Under the pieces are notes generated by a model. It saw only the letters and a list, made by a program, of their open reading frames with translations, did not search any database and had not been told where the DNA came from. 28,559 nt of DNA, taken from contig CBFGJN010000020.1 in NCBI GenBank assembly GCA_965649115.1, positions 1 through 28,559 on the forward strand, written 5' to 3'. This DNA comes from a candidate division WOR-3 bacterium. Lineage in GTDB: Bacteria; Hydrothermota; Hydrothermia; LBFQ01; DSFT01. Positions 17,701-26,547 of this stretch are shown here, piece by piece. Positions within the stretch are counted from its first letter, which is position 1. Each line of letters opens with the position of its first letter. A program made the translations under genes and the position numbers.

Positions 17701-17882
17701 TAATCACTTCTTTACGGAGAACTATTACAAGGCGAAATCCCCCATAGCATAGGTAGGAAAAATTATGTTTTGTCCAACAATTATTGTTAAGCAATTGACT
17801 ATCAATAACTTATAAAGCTTTTAAGGAAATTATTGATTTATTTGTGGGACTTCAAGGAGGCTATCGCCCCGTTGGCCTAAAA

Positions 17883-17930
17883 ATGGGTATTTATAAGCCA
17901 AGGGCTTATTTATAGAGTAGGGAAAACATA
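17883..17930 (+). repeat. Intergenic repeat family A, degenerate copy
   Basis: ATGGGtattt-ATAAGCC-AAG-GGCTTAT-ttatagagtaGGGAAAA. Confidence 0.65.
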
Positions 17931-17989
17931 ATAAAATAAATACTTTAGAGAAATTGAACAAAAAAACCTTTAAACTTTTAAGACTTACT

Positions 17990-18490
17990 ATGAGTGAAGA
18001 AAAAGTAATAGAAAAACAGCTCTTAAAAGCAATTATCTTAACAAGAGTTAAAGACGCTATTGAATGGGCTATAAATTGGAGTAGGGGTAATTCAATTTGG
18101 CCTGCGACATTTGGGCTTGCTTGTTGCGCCATTGAAATGATGGCAAGCTCAATGCCAAGATACGATATGTCAAGGTTTGGTTATGAAGTTTTTAGAGCTT
18201 CACCAAGACAAGCAGATTTAATGATTGTTGCTGGAACTGTCACTATGAAAATGGCACCTGTATTAAGAAAAATTTATGACCAAATGCCAGAACCAAAATA
18301 TGTTATATCTATGGGAACATGTGCAAATACAGGTGGAAAATATCACAATTATGCGGTTTTACAAGGTGTTGATCAAGTTGTTCCTGTTGATATTTATGTT
18401 CCCGGTTGCCCTCCAAGACCTGAAAGCTTAATATATGGTATCCTTGAACTTAAAAAGAAAATTGAAAAGGAAAAAGGAATTATTTTATGA
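17990..18490 (+). CDS. nuoB: NADH-quinone oxidoreductase subunit B (start revised to ATG 17990)
   Basis: [47 protein letters not shown]. Confidence 0.96.
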   Translation: MSEEKVIEKQLLKAIILTRVKDAIEWAINWSRGNSIWPATFGLACCAIEMMASSMPRYDMSRFGYEVFRASPRQADLMIVAGTVTMKMAPVLRKIYDQMPEPKYVISMGTCANTGGKYHNYAVLQGVDQVVPVDIYVPGCPPRPESLIYGILELKKKIEKEKGIIL

Positions 18491-18951
18491 GGAAATTTCT
18501 TTATTTTATAATAATTCTAATTATCTTGGATTTATTAGCATTTGGATTTCTTTTCTTTAAAATGGAAAGTGAAAAACAAAAATTTATAAATAATTTTGAA
18601 TTTCAAAAGAAACAACTTATTTATGATGTTGCTTATGTACTTGGACTTTTTGCAAGGGATAAAGTTTTAAGCGAAAGTTTTCCTGAAAATGTTAGAAATT
18701 ATTTAAATGAACTTGTTAGGAATGATAAAAATTTAGAGTTAATTTTAATATCTGATTCAAGTGGAAAAGTAATTTTTTCAACAAATGTTGCTTATGAAGG
18801 AAAAAACATTGATGAAATTTTTTCTGAAAACATAACTTCTCTTGTTGATTATGAAATAAAGAACACTGAGGATAAAGTTGTTCTTAATATGCCTATATCT
18901 GAGTTTAATAAAAAAATTTTATATTTAAGGATAGAATATAAAAGGAGGTAA
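18487..18951 (+). CDS. Membrane-anchored hypothetical protein (possible stand-alone PDC/Cache-like periplasmic domain)
   Basis: N-terminal TM helix; [14 protein letters not shown] resembles PDC sensor strands; no cytoplasmic signalling domain. Confidence 0.55.
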   Translation: MRKFLYFIIILIILDLLAFGFLFFKMESEKQKFINNFEFQKKQLIYDVAYVLGLFARDKVLSESFPENVRNYLNELVRNDKNLELILISDSSGKVIFSTNVAYEGKNIDEIFSENITSLVDYEIKNTEDKVVLNMPISEFNKKILYLRIEYKRR

Positions 18952-18956
18952 AGGAT

Positions 18957-21254
18957 ATGTTAAATTTTCTATTGATAGCACAAACAGAAACCTATTTTTA
19001 TGGTCTGAACTATGAAGCTCTAACGGGAACAAGAAGAGTTGGCTCTGCTTTTGTTGATGGTATAAATGCTCTTACATTTCATCTAATAAATCTAAATTAT
19101 GAATATTCTGCTTCTGACTATACTCTAAATAATAAACAAGGCAAACCATTTATTGGCTCTCAGTTCTTTGGATTTGGTTATTCTCTTGCTCCGTTTGAAG
19201 CAAGTGTCATAATGAGATACTTTGGTGATGCTTTTGATATAAATGGTGAAGGATGGTACTTGGGTTATGGTCTTGGTGATGTAAAAGCAAATTTCAAAGT
19301 TGGAATACCAATTGTAAAAAACACTTTTGCAGTTGGTTTTAGAGGTTATATTAACATTCCAATTGGAGAAGAGAAATATCTAAATCCTTTAACCTTGGAT
19401 AACGATACAATTAAAAATGTTCCATTTGCCACACAAGATCCAACAGGTGGAAAAGGTGGAATATATAGACCATTTGCATATAAAGTTTTGACTTATGGGC
19501 TTGGTGGTGCAATTTCGCTTCAAAAGTATCCTTTAAGATTGAATTTTGAATCTGTTTATAATGTTGGTGATACTGCAAAAGGTGATGAATTTTGGCAATT
19601 TGGATTGGGATTATTAGCTCATGTAGGAATTGTTAAACCTTATGTGGAATTTGTTTACCTTAAACCAGTAGATACAAAATTTAGTGATTCTTCAGCAAAT
19701 TTATTAACTTTTGGTCTAAAATTTGGTTATCCAAATTGGCACTTTGATATAGCACTTGAAAAACCATTAAATTACAATTATGGACCTTACGGAAGTGATT
19801 ATGTAAATTCATTTAAGCCCGATTGGAGTATATGGCTAGCATTAAATTATACATATGAAGCGGGAATTCCAAGAATTAAATATGGCGATGTTATTGCAAT
19901 TGTTCAAGATGCACAAAACAATTCACCAATTCAAAATGCTAGTGTAAATCTAAAACTTGAAAAAGCAACCTTATCACAAACTACTGATCAATTTGGGAAG
20001 TTTGAGTTTAAGAAAATTCCTGTTGGAACTTATACAATTGAAGTTTCAGCAAAAGATTACCAACCAGAGGTTAGAACCATAAATATAAATGAAGGTAAAA
20101 ATGAAGTTAGAATTTTGTTGAGTAAAATCAAAAAAGGAACAATTACAATAAGAGTTTTTGATAGTGAAACAAAAGCTCCACTTTTAGCAAATGTCATTTT
20201 ATTTAAGGATAATGTAAAAATTTCAGAAGATAGAACAAATGAACAAACAGGAACAATTGTTTTTAAAGATTTAGAACCGGGTTCATATTCATTTAGAGTT
20301 GAAAAAGAAGGATATAATGCTACTGTTAGAGCTATTGAGTTAAAAGAAAGTGCAGTTGAAGAAGTTGGGCTTGTCAAAATTAAATCAGAAACACCAAAGT
20401 TTGTTAAATTAACAGGAAAAATTGTAGATGCTAAGACAAATGCTCCAATAAGCAATGCTCAAATTATAGCAAGTGGAAAAACTACTGTTAGTGACCAATT
20501 TGGATTATATACAATAGATTCGCTTCCACTTGGAGTTATTCAAATTGGTGTTTCAAAGGAGGGTTATCAAACTTATTCGGAAGTAATTCAAGCAAATGTT
20601 GAAGGTGCCATTGTTAAAAACATAAGTTTAACACCAATTGAAGAAAAGCCTAAAACAGGAAAGGTTGTTGTTAGTGTTGTTGATAGAGAAACTAAAAAAC
20701 CTGTGATGGCAAGTATAACCATTCCTGGGACAAATATATCAGGTACAACCGATAATAATGGAGCTTATAGTTTTGAAATAGGACCTGGTGAATATGCTTT
20801 AAATATACAACCTAATGATCAATCCTATTATTCTCAAATTAAACAAATTCAAGTAAAGGTTGGTGAGACTACAACGATTATTGCAGAACTTGTAAAGAAA
20901 GAAGCAAAAATTGTCATAAGAAATATATACTTTGATTTAAATAAAGCTACAATAAGACCAGAAAGCTATCCAGTCCTTGATGAGCTATGTCAATTATTAA
21001 GAGAAACTCCTAATGCTGTGGTTGAAGTTGAAGGACATACTGATACCAGAGGTTCTGATGAATACAATTTAAAACTTTCACAAGCAAGGGCAGATGCTGT
21101 TAAAGATTACTTTATAAAGAAGAATTGTATATCACCTGATAGAATAAGTGCTGTCGGTTATGGAGAAACAAGACCTGTTGTTTTCCCTGAAAAATCAGAA
21201 GCAGATTATCAATTAAATAGAAGGGTTGAAATAAAATTCAAGGGAGAGAAGTAA
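18957..21254 (+). CDS. OmpA-family protein: N-terminal putative barrel, four carboxypeptidase-regulatory-like repeats, C-terminal OmpA domain
   Basis: Repeats of the type VxDxxTxxPIxxA...TD..G.F...G.Y....GY; NIYFDLNKATIRPES, EGHTD, NLKLSQARA, NRRVEI; SD AAGGAGGT. Confidence 0.88.
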   Translation: MLNFLLIAQTETYFYGLNYEALTGTRRVGSAFVDGINALTFHLINLNYEYSASDYTLNNKQGKPFIGSQFFGFGYSLAPFEASVIMRYFGDAFDINGEGWYLGYGLGDVKANFKVGIPIVKNTFAVGFRGYINIPIGEEKYLNPLTLDNDTIKNVPFATQDPTGGKGGIYRPFAYKVLTYGLGGAISLQKYPLRLNFESVYNVGDTAKGDEFWQFGLGLLAHVGIVKPYVEFVYLKPVDTKFSDSSANLLTFGLKFGYPNWHFDIALEKPLNYNYGPYGSDYVNSFKPDWSIWLALNYTYEAGIPRIKYGDVIAIVQDAQNNSPIQNASVNLKLEKATLSQTTDQFGKFEFKKIPVGTYTIEVSAKDYQPEVRTININEGKNEVRILLSKIKKGTITIRVFDSETKAPLLANVILFKDNVKISEDRTNEQTGTIVFKDLEPGSYSFRVEKEGYNATVRAIELKESAVEEVGLVKIKSETPKFVKLTGKIVDAKTNAPISNAQIIASGKTTVSDQFGLYTIDSLPLGVIQIGVSKEGYQTYSEVIQANVEGAIVKNISLTPIEEKPKTGKVVVSVVDRETKKPVMASITIPGTNISGTTDNNGAYSFEIGPGEYALNIQPNDQSYYSQIKQIQVKVGETTTIIAELVKKEAKIVIRNIYFDLNKATIRPESYPVLDELCQLLRETPNAVVEVEGHTDTRGSDEYNLKLSQARADAVKDYFIKKNCISPDRISAVGYGETRPVVFPEKSEADYQLNRRVEIKFKGEK

Positions 21255-21257
21255 TTT

Positions 21258-21734
21258 ATGGGGGGGTTTGACCCCCTTAAAAAATATAAAAATTTAAAGG
21301 AAACCAAAGAAATTATTGATAAACTCAAAAGTGAAAATAAAATTGTTGTTTTTACAAATGGTGTATTTGATATAATTCACCCTGGTCATATTGAATTATT
21401 AAGAAGTGCAAAGAGTTTTGGAGATTTTTTAATTTTGGCTTTAAATTCAGATAGTTCAGTAAAGAAAATTAAAGGAGACAAAAGGCCAATTTTCTCATTA
21501 GAGGAAAGAATAAAAATTTTGTCATCAATAATTTATGTAGATTTAATAGTTAGTTTTGATGAAGAAACACCATATGAAGTAATAAAGTTCTTGAAACCTG
21601 ATATTTTGGTAAAAGGAGGGGATTATAAAATTGAGGATGTTGTTGGTAGAGAGTTTGTTAAAGAAGTAAAAATTGTTCCTTATCTTCAAGGTTATTCAAC
21701 AACAAAAATAATTGAAAGAATTAAAAATGCTTGA
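21258..21734 (+). CDS. rfaE2: D-glycero-beta-D-manno-heptose 1-phosphate adenylyltransferase (RfaE domain II)
   Basis: VFTNGVFDIIHPGH, LNSDSSV..IKG..RPI, PDILVKGGDY, STTKII. Confidence 0.92.
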   Translation: MGGFDPLKKYKNLKETKEIIDKLKSENKIVVFTNGVFDIIHPGHIELLRSAKSFGDFLILALNSDSSVKKIKGDKRPIFSLEERIKILSSIIYVDLIVSFDEETPYEVIKFLKPDILVKGGDYKIEDVVGREFVKEVKIVPYLQGYSTTKIIERIKNA

Positions 21735-22065
21735 TTTAAATAGAAAAGAAATATTAGCAATTAGTTTATTTTTTCTGTTCGTTTTAATTGGTGAAATTGG
21801 GCTTTGGTACTACAAGGTTTTAAATCCTCCAAAATATGAAGTTTTAAAAAAACCAAATGAGGAGATTATTTTAAAGGATTCAATTAAGAAAGTTAGTTTA
21901 AATAACTCTTCTTACGAAGAACTTCTTCAAGTTCCTGGTATTGGACCAACACTTGCAAAAAGAATTATAGAAAACAGACCATATGAAAAAATTGAAGACT
22001 TAATGAAAGTTAAAGGAATAGGAAAAAAGAAATTTGAAAAAATTAAAAATTATTTTGAACCTTAA
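21727..22065 (+). CDS. comEA: ComEA-family helix-hairpin-helix DNA-binding protein
   Basis: TM helix, then VSLNNSSYEELLQVPGIGPTLAKRII and LMKVKGIGKKKFEKI; ATG 21727 overlaps the rfaE2 stop. Confidence 0.85.
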   Translation: MLDLNRKEILAISLFFLFVLIGEIGLWYYKVLNPPKYEVLKKPNEEIILKDSIKKVSLNNSSYEELLQVPGIGPTLAKRIIENRPYEKIEDLMKVKGIGKKKFEKIKNYFEP

Positions 22066-22077
22066 AATTTTACCTCT

Positions 22078-22159
22078 GCGGGAGTGGCGGAATAGGAAGA
22101 CGCGGCGGATTTAGGATCCGCTCCCGAAAGGGGTGTGGGTTCAAGTCCCACCTCCCGCA
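22078..22159 (+). tRNA. tRNA-Leu(TAG), CCA not encoded
   Basis: GCGGGAG/CTCCCGC acceptor stem, GCGGA-TTTAGGA-TCCGC anticodon arm, long variable arm CCCGAAAGGG, GGTTCAAGT, A discriminator. Confidence 0.97.
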
Positions 22160-22164
22160 TAAAT

Positions 22165-22788
22165 ATGAAATTATTAATTTTTGACTTTGATGGAACACTT
22201 TTTGATACATCTCTTGGTTTAACACTTTCCATAAATGAATTAACTTCAAAGTACAATCTTGAAAAGTTAGATAGAGAACAAGTTAAGAAAATTGTAGGAG
22301 GAGGCATTGAATCAACCTTAAAGGAAATTTTTAAAGAAAAATTTCATAAAGGCTTAATTGAAGAATTCAATAGTATTTACAGAAATTATATGTTTGAAGG
22401 TCTTGTCCCTTATACAAACATATTTGAAACAATAAGGAAAATAAAGGAAAATTTAGAAGTTAAAATTGTTATTTTTAGCAATAAAACGAAATTTTTCATA
22501 ATTGAAATTTTAAGGAAATTTGATGTTTATCATTTGTTTGATGAAATAATTACAATTGATGATGGATATAAAAAACCTGATACGAAGGCTATTGATTACT
22601 TAATAGAAAAATATGAAGTTAAAAGAGAGGATATTTTTATAATTGGTGATAGTTGCTACGATATTGAAACTGCAAAAATTTCAAATGTGAAAAGTATTTT
22701 CGTTAGTTGGGGATTTGGAGAGAACTGCTTTGCTGATTTTGTTGTAAATGAACCGAATGAAATATATGATATAGTAGCTTCAAAATAG
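22165..22788 (+). CDS. HAD-family phosphatase (phosphoglycolate phosphatase-like); start revised to ATG 22165
   Basis: IFDFDGTLFDT, FSNK, KKPD, IGDSCYD, VSWGF; the GTG at 22135 lies inside the tRNA. Confidence 0.9.
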   Translation: MKLLIFDFDGTLFDTSLGLTLSINELTSKYNLEKLDREQVKKIVGGGIESTLKEIFKEKFHKGLIEEFNSIYRNYMFEGLVPYTNIFETIRKIKENLEVKIVIFSNKTKFFIIEILRKFDVYHLFDEIITIDDGYKKPDTKAIDYLIEKYEVKREDIFIIGDSCYDIETAKISNVKSIFVSWGFGENCFADFVVNEPNEIYDIVASK

Positions 22789-23671
22789 CTAAATTTCCTC
22801 TATGGAATGTTTTATATATCTTGTCAGTTAATAATGATTGGTGGATTAATTTTAAAATATCTTCTTTACTATAAAATTGATTTATTTTTTTGAGTTGTTT
22901 GGTAATGAAAGAAGGTTTTATTTGCTCATTTAAATTTTCTTTTTCATATAACAAATTCAAAAGTATTCTTAAAATATAAGCATTGGATTCTATGAATTTT
23001 GTATTCTCAAAAAGTTTTATACTACTTAAAAAGTCAAAATTTTGTAAATAATTTAAAAATTCGTAAATTTTTCTTTCCTCAAAATTACTAATTATAATAT
23101 CAAAGTTTTCCTCACCACTCAAATATATTTTTTCTATTTCATTAGAACAAGTTTTTAAATCATTAGGTAAAATTTGAACAAGTTTTTCAATTTGATATGC
23201 ATTTAAATTGATATTTAGGGACTTTAATTTTTGAATAATCCACTTCCTTTTCCCATCTTTATTTAAATAGGGCATTAGAACAATAACGCAATTTTCAGTT
23301 TTTGTTATATTTTTCTTAATAAAATTTTCTGCTAAGCTTTCAAGTTTCTTTAAATTATTTTCATAAAAATTCAAACTTGAATACAAAATAACTTTATTTT
23401 CATTTATTTTTAAAAGTTGTTTCCAATTCTTCATTTCTTCAAAATCCTTAACAATAGCTAATTTTTTTCTTTTGTTGAAAATATCAGATGATTTCAAATA
23501 ATTTATTATTTCTTCTACATTTGCCTCATCTCCAAAAAACACTGATTTTTCATAATCAATAAATTTCTGAATAATTGTTTTTATTGGATAATCTTCTGGT
23601 CCAAGTAGAATAAAAATGTTCTTTTCTTTATATTCAGAAAAGTTTTTTAGAAAATCAATATGAGTTAGCAT
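22703..23671 (-). CDS. holA: Divergent DNA polymerase III delta subunit
   Basis: FILLGPEDY, SSDIFNKRKKLAIVKD, WIIQKLKS, DLKTCSNEIEKIYL, KIYEFL match the HolA layout. Confidence 0.7.
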   Translation of the reverse strand: MLTHIDFLKNFSEYKEKNIFILLGPEDYPIKTIIQKFIDYEKSVFFGDEANVEEIINYLKSSDIFNKRKKLAIVKDFEEMKNWKQLLKINENKVILYSSLNFYENNLKKLESLAENFIKKNITKTENCVIVLMPYLNKDGKRKWIIQKLKSLNINLNAYQIEKLVQILPNDLKTCSNEIEKIYLSGEENFDIIISNFEERKIYEFLNYLQNFDFLSSIKLFENTKFIESNAYILRILLNLLYEKENLNEQIKPSFITKQLKKINQFYSKEDILKLIHQSLLTDKIYKTFHRGNLAILKLLYHIFHSVHLQQNQQSSSLQIPN

Positions 23672-24629
23672 AAATTATAAGACCATTTCTTGAAGCTGAA
23701 AATATATAGTTATTATATACAATTAAATCAAACAAAACATCGCCTGTGTATTCAGGAGACCTATATCTTGCAACTTCGCCTTCAACTATGGTTTTTCTTC
23801 CAAGTCTAAATTCATTTTCAACTTTATCTAAATCAAATATTCTAACACCTCCTTTCCCTGCTGCTAAATATAAATAACTTCCTTTTAAATATAATCCAAG
23901 AGCTTCTCCTAATCCTATGTACCTTATAATAGGTTTTATCTCCTTTGGATTTGAAACATCAAATACATAAAGTCCAAGTTTTCCAAAACCAACATAAACT
24001 CTATTGTTATAGTATTTTATAGCAACAGCAAATGTTGTATCACCAAGAGTATAAGAACCTACAAGTTTTATATTTCTTATATTTGAAATATCAAGAATTA
24101 AAAGTCCAGCAGGTCCGTCAGCAACATAAGCGTAATTTCCTACCACATGAACACATCGGGCAAAACCAGGAGTGTCAAAATAAGAAATAATTTTAGGATT
24201 TCTTGGATTTGAAATGTCATAAACTGTTATACCTGCTTCTGCATCAGCTAAGAAGAGATAGTTTTCTTTAATATCAATATATAGTGCTGAATCTCTTGAA
24301 GCAACTTGTGAGATAATACTTGCAGTATAGGGATCAGTTATATCAATTACAATGAGGCCTGCTTTTCCACCTGCTACATATAAATAATTACCTTTTACTT
24401 TAAGACCTATTGGCATTCCGTCAACTTTAATTTCAGGGGCTATACCAAGTTGTTTAATATCAGAAAAATCAATAATGTATATGCTTTTTAATGAACTTAG
24501 ATAAGCATAATTTCCTTTTACTTCAATACCTACGATAGGCTTGTTAGATTTCCATCTTGATATAAGTTTTAAATTTAGACTATCCCCAAATCTCAAGCTA
24601 TCTGTTTGAAGAAAGAGTAAGAATAGCAT
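23655..24629 (-). CDS. LVIVD-repeat beta-propeller protein
   Basis: Repeated GNYLYVAGGKAGLIVIDITDP / GNYAYVADGPAGLLILDISN units. Confidence 0.9.
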   Translation of the reverse strand: MLFLLFLQTDSLRFGDSLNLKLISRWKSNKPIVGIEVKGNYAYLSSLKSIYIIDFSDIKQLGIAPEIKVDGMPIGLKVKGNYLYVAGGKAGLIVIDITDPYTASIISQVASRDSALYIDIKENYLFLADAEAGITVYDISNPRNPKIISYFDTPGFARCVHVVGNYAYVADGPAGLLILDISNIRNIKLVGSYTLGDTTFAVAIKYYNNRVYVGFGKLGLYVFDVSNPKEIKPIIRYIGLGEALGLYLKGSYLYLAAGKGGVRIFDLDKVENEFRLGRKTIVEGEVARYRSPEYTGDVLFDLIVYNNYIFSASRNGLIIYANSY

Positions 24630-24666
24630 ATTTTAAAATTTTAAAGTTAAAATTATTTTGCAGTAG

Positions 24667-24722
24667 TTCTTTATTTTCCCACCCACCTTGAAAATAAGCC
24701 TTTGGCTTTAAAAAACCCCATC
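24667..24722 (-). repeat. Intergenic repeat family A, minus-strand copy
   Basis: Minus strand gatGGGGtttttta-AAGCC-AAA-GGCTT-attttcaaGGTGGGTGGGAAAATAAAGAA. Confidence 0.75.
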
Positions 24723-24754
24723 TTTAAATTATTTATTGGACAAAGCAGTTTTTT

Positions 24755-25510
24755 CTAAACTTTTCTTGCAATAGTTAAATAACCTATATGACCTATCATA
24801 GTTTCTTTTGGTCTTGTTTTCCCTCTTCTTACGAGAATTTCTCTTTCAAGTAGTTCTACTGTTTTTATATCTAAAAAGTTATTATTTTTTAATTCTTCAA
24901 CAGTTTGGATAACTTGTTCAATAGTTGGTGAGATAGATACCCAAAATCCAGAATTTTTTAGTGCATTATAAGCAGGTTTAACAAGTGTCCAAGGTTCTGG
25001 AACATCAATAATAACACAATCAACACCACTAATAGGATATCCTTCGATTGAAGGATCTAATAACTGAAACTCAACTATATGTTCTAATTTTGCTCTTTGA
25101 ACATTTTCAATAGCTCTTTTTAAATGTTCTTCATTTCTGTCAAATGTCCAGACTTTTCCACTATTTCCTACGATTTTTGCAAGCATTATTGTCATAGCGC
25201 CTGAACCAGTTCCTGTTTCTATGACTTTACTTCCACTTTTTAAATTAGTATGAGTAATTATATACCCCGCTTCTCTTGGATAAATGATATTAGTTTTTCT
25301 TTTTACATTTATCATAATTTCAGCATTTGAAGGTTCTAAAACATAAACCTTATAACCTTTATTTGTTAATAGAATATCTCCATATTTTAAATCCTCTTTA
25401 AATTCTATATAACCAAGATGGAAAACAAATTTTTTTGAAATTTGATATTCAACCAAGTACTTTTTATTATCCTCACTTAATAGTAAAATTAAATCTCCTT
25501 CATTTAACAT
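24755..25510 (-). CDS. trmI: tRNA (adenine(58)-N1)-methyltransferase
   Basis: KRKTNIIYPRE, VIETGTGSGAMT, IDVPEPW, SPTIEQV, RP...IGHIGYL. Confidence 0.93.
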   Translation of the reverse strand: MLNEGDLILLLSEDNKKYLVEYQISKKFVFHLGYIEFKEDLKYGDILLTNKGYKVYVLEPSNAEIMINVKRKTNIIYPREAGYIITHTNLKSGSKVIETGTGSGAMTIMLAKIVGNSGKVWTFDRNEEHLKRAIENVQRAKLEHIVEFQLLDPSIEGYPISGVDCVIIDVPEPWTLVKPAYNALKNSGFWVSISPTIEQVIQTVEELKNNNFLDIKTVELLEREILVRRGKTRPKETMIGHIGYLTIARKV

Positions 25511-25808
25511 TTTCCTCTATCCAATTGAGATAATCAATATTACCGTCAATGATATTAAGAGCTATTATTTCGGGAACTGAATAAGGATGGATTGACTTTA
25601 TAAAAGTTATTAAATCATTTAAAATTGTTTTTTTAGTTTTTATAATTAAAAGTTCCTCTTCATCTTCATTTATTTCACCTTTCCACCAGTATATTGAATT
25701 GATATTATTTACAACATTAATACAAGCTGCAAGTTTGTTTTCTATAATTTTTTTAGCAATTTCATAACCTTTGTTTTTGGGTGTTGTACAAAGAACAACG
25801 ATAAACAT
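25500..25808 (-). CDS. cutA: Divalent-cation tolerance protein CutA
   Basis: LAACIN, SIYWWKG, E.LLIIKT, HPYSVPEII, YLNWI. Confidence 0.95.
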   Translation of the reverse strand: MFIVVLCTTPKNKGYEIAKKIIENKLAACINVVNNINSIYWWKGEINEDEEELLIIKTKKTILNDLITFIKSIHPYSVPEIIALNIIDGNIDYLNWIEENVK

Positions 25809-25935
25809 ATTGAAAATTTTAAAGTTAAGATAATTAAGGCTTTCCTAAAAATAAGGCAGAGCCTTGTAAAGGGTGAAGCATAAAGCTTTCACCTTGTCCA
25901 ATAATTCTGAAGATAAGCCTTCATAAATAAGTTAT

Positions 25936-26547
25936 TTATTTGTTCTGATTAAATCTAAAAACTTTTTGAAATGTGTTAAAGTAAATGTCATTTGCTATGA
26001 ATTTAAAATAATTAAAAGTGTCAATTTTTATTGTTAAAGTTGTATCCTTTGAGAACAAGTTATATTCTTTTAAAAGTGTATCATTTTTAAAAATTTGAAG
26101 GCTTTTTAGTCTTGTATCATCATAAATTTCAATTTTCAGCTCTTGTTCATTTTGTTCTAAAATTTTTAAAATTGGTGGGTTTTCTTCCCTTTTATAATAA
26201 ACTTTCAATTCTTGACTTTTAATATTATCGTAAATATCTGAAACTTCAAATCTAAAATTGTAAAGTGATATTGTATCTGAAAAATTTTTTATTGTATCTA
26301 AAATTATATTAAATGTCGTTTCCTGTTTGTTTATTTCAAAATCATAAATTTTTATGTCATTTAGGAACAATTTTACATTTTTTATTCTTGTGTCATCAGA
26401 AACTTTTAAACTGAAAGTTATTGGAAAGTGATTGAATTTTTCTGAATAGTTTATTTCTAATTTTGGATTATTTATTTCAGGCTTACCTGGCGGATAGCCA
26501 ACTCTTGCACAAGATAAAATTAATAAAAATAACAAAAGTCTAATCAT
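25936..26547 (-). CDS. Lipoprotein with two tandem Ig-like repeats
   Basis: Lipobox LILS-C followed by ARVGYPPG; duplicated unit VSDDTRIKNVKLFLND...VSDIYDN / IYDDTRLKSLQIFKND...ANDIYFN; ATG 26547 overlaps the upstream stop (26556 is an alternative start). Confidence 0.7.
   Translation of the reverse strand: MIRLLLFLLILSCARVGYPPGKPEINNPKLEINYSEKFNHFPITFSLKVSDDTRIKNVKLFLNDIKIYDFEINKQETTFNIILDTIKNFSDTISLYNFRFEVSDIYDNIKSQELKVYYKREENPPILKILEQNEQELKIEIYDDTRLKSLQIFKNDTLLKEYNLFSKDTTLTIKIDTFNYFKFIANDIYFNTFQKVFRFNQNK

Noticed and set aside
5452..20455. Short ORFs 5452-5637, 6835-7020, 8367-8555, 13989-14210, 16591-16899, 17830-18132 and 20057-20455
   Set aside because: All are antisense to well-supported genes and show no recognisable motifs.
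22062..22307. 81-aa minus-strand ORF
   Set aside because: Antisense translation of tRNA-Leu and the HAD gene start.
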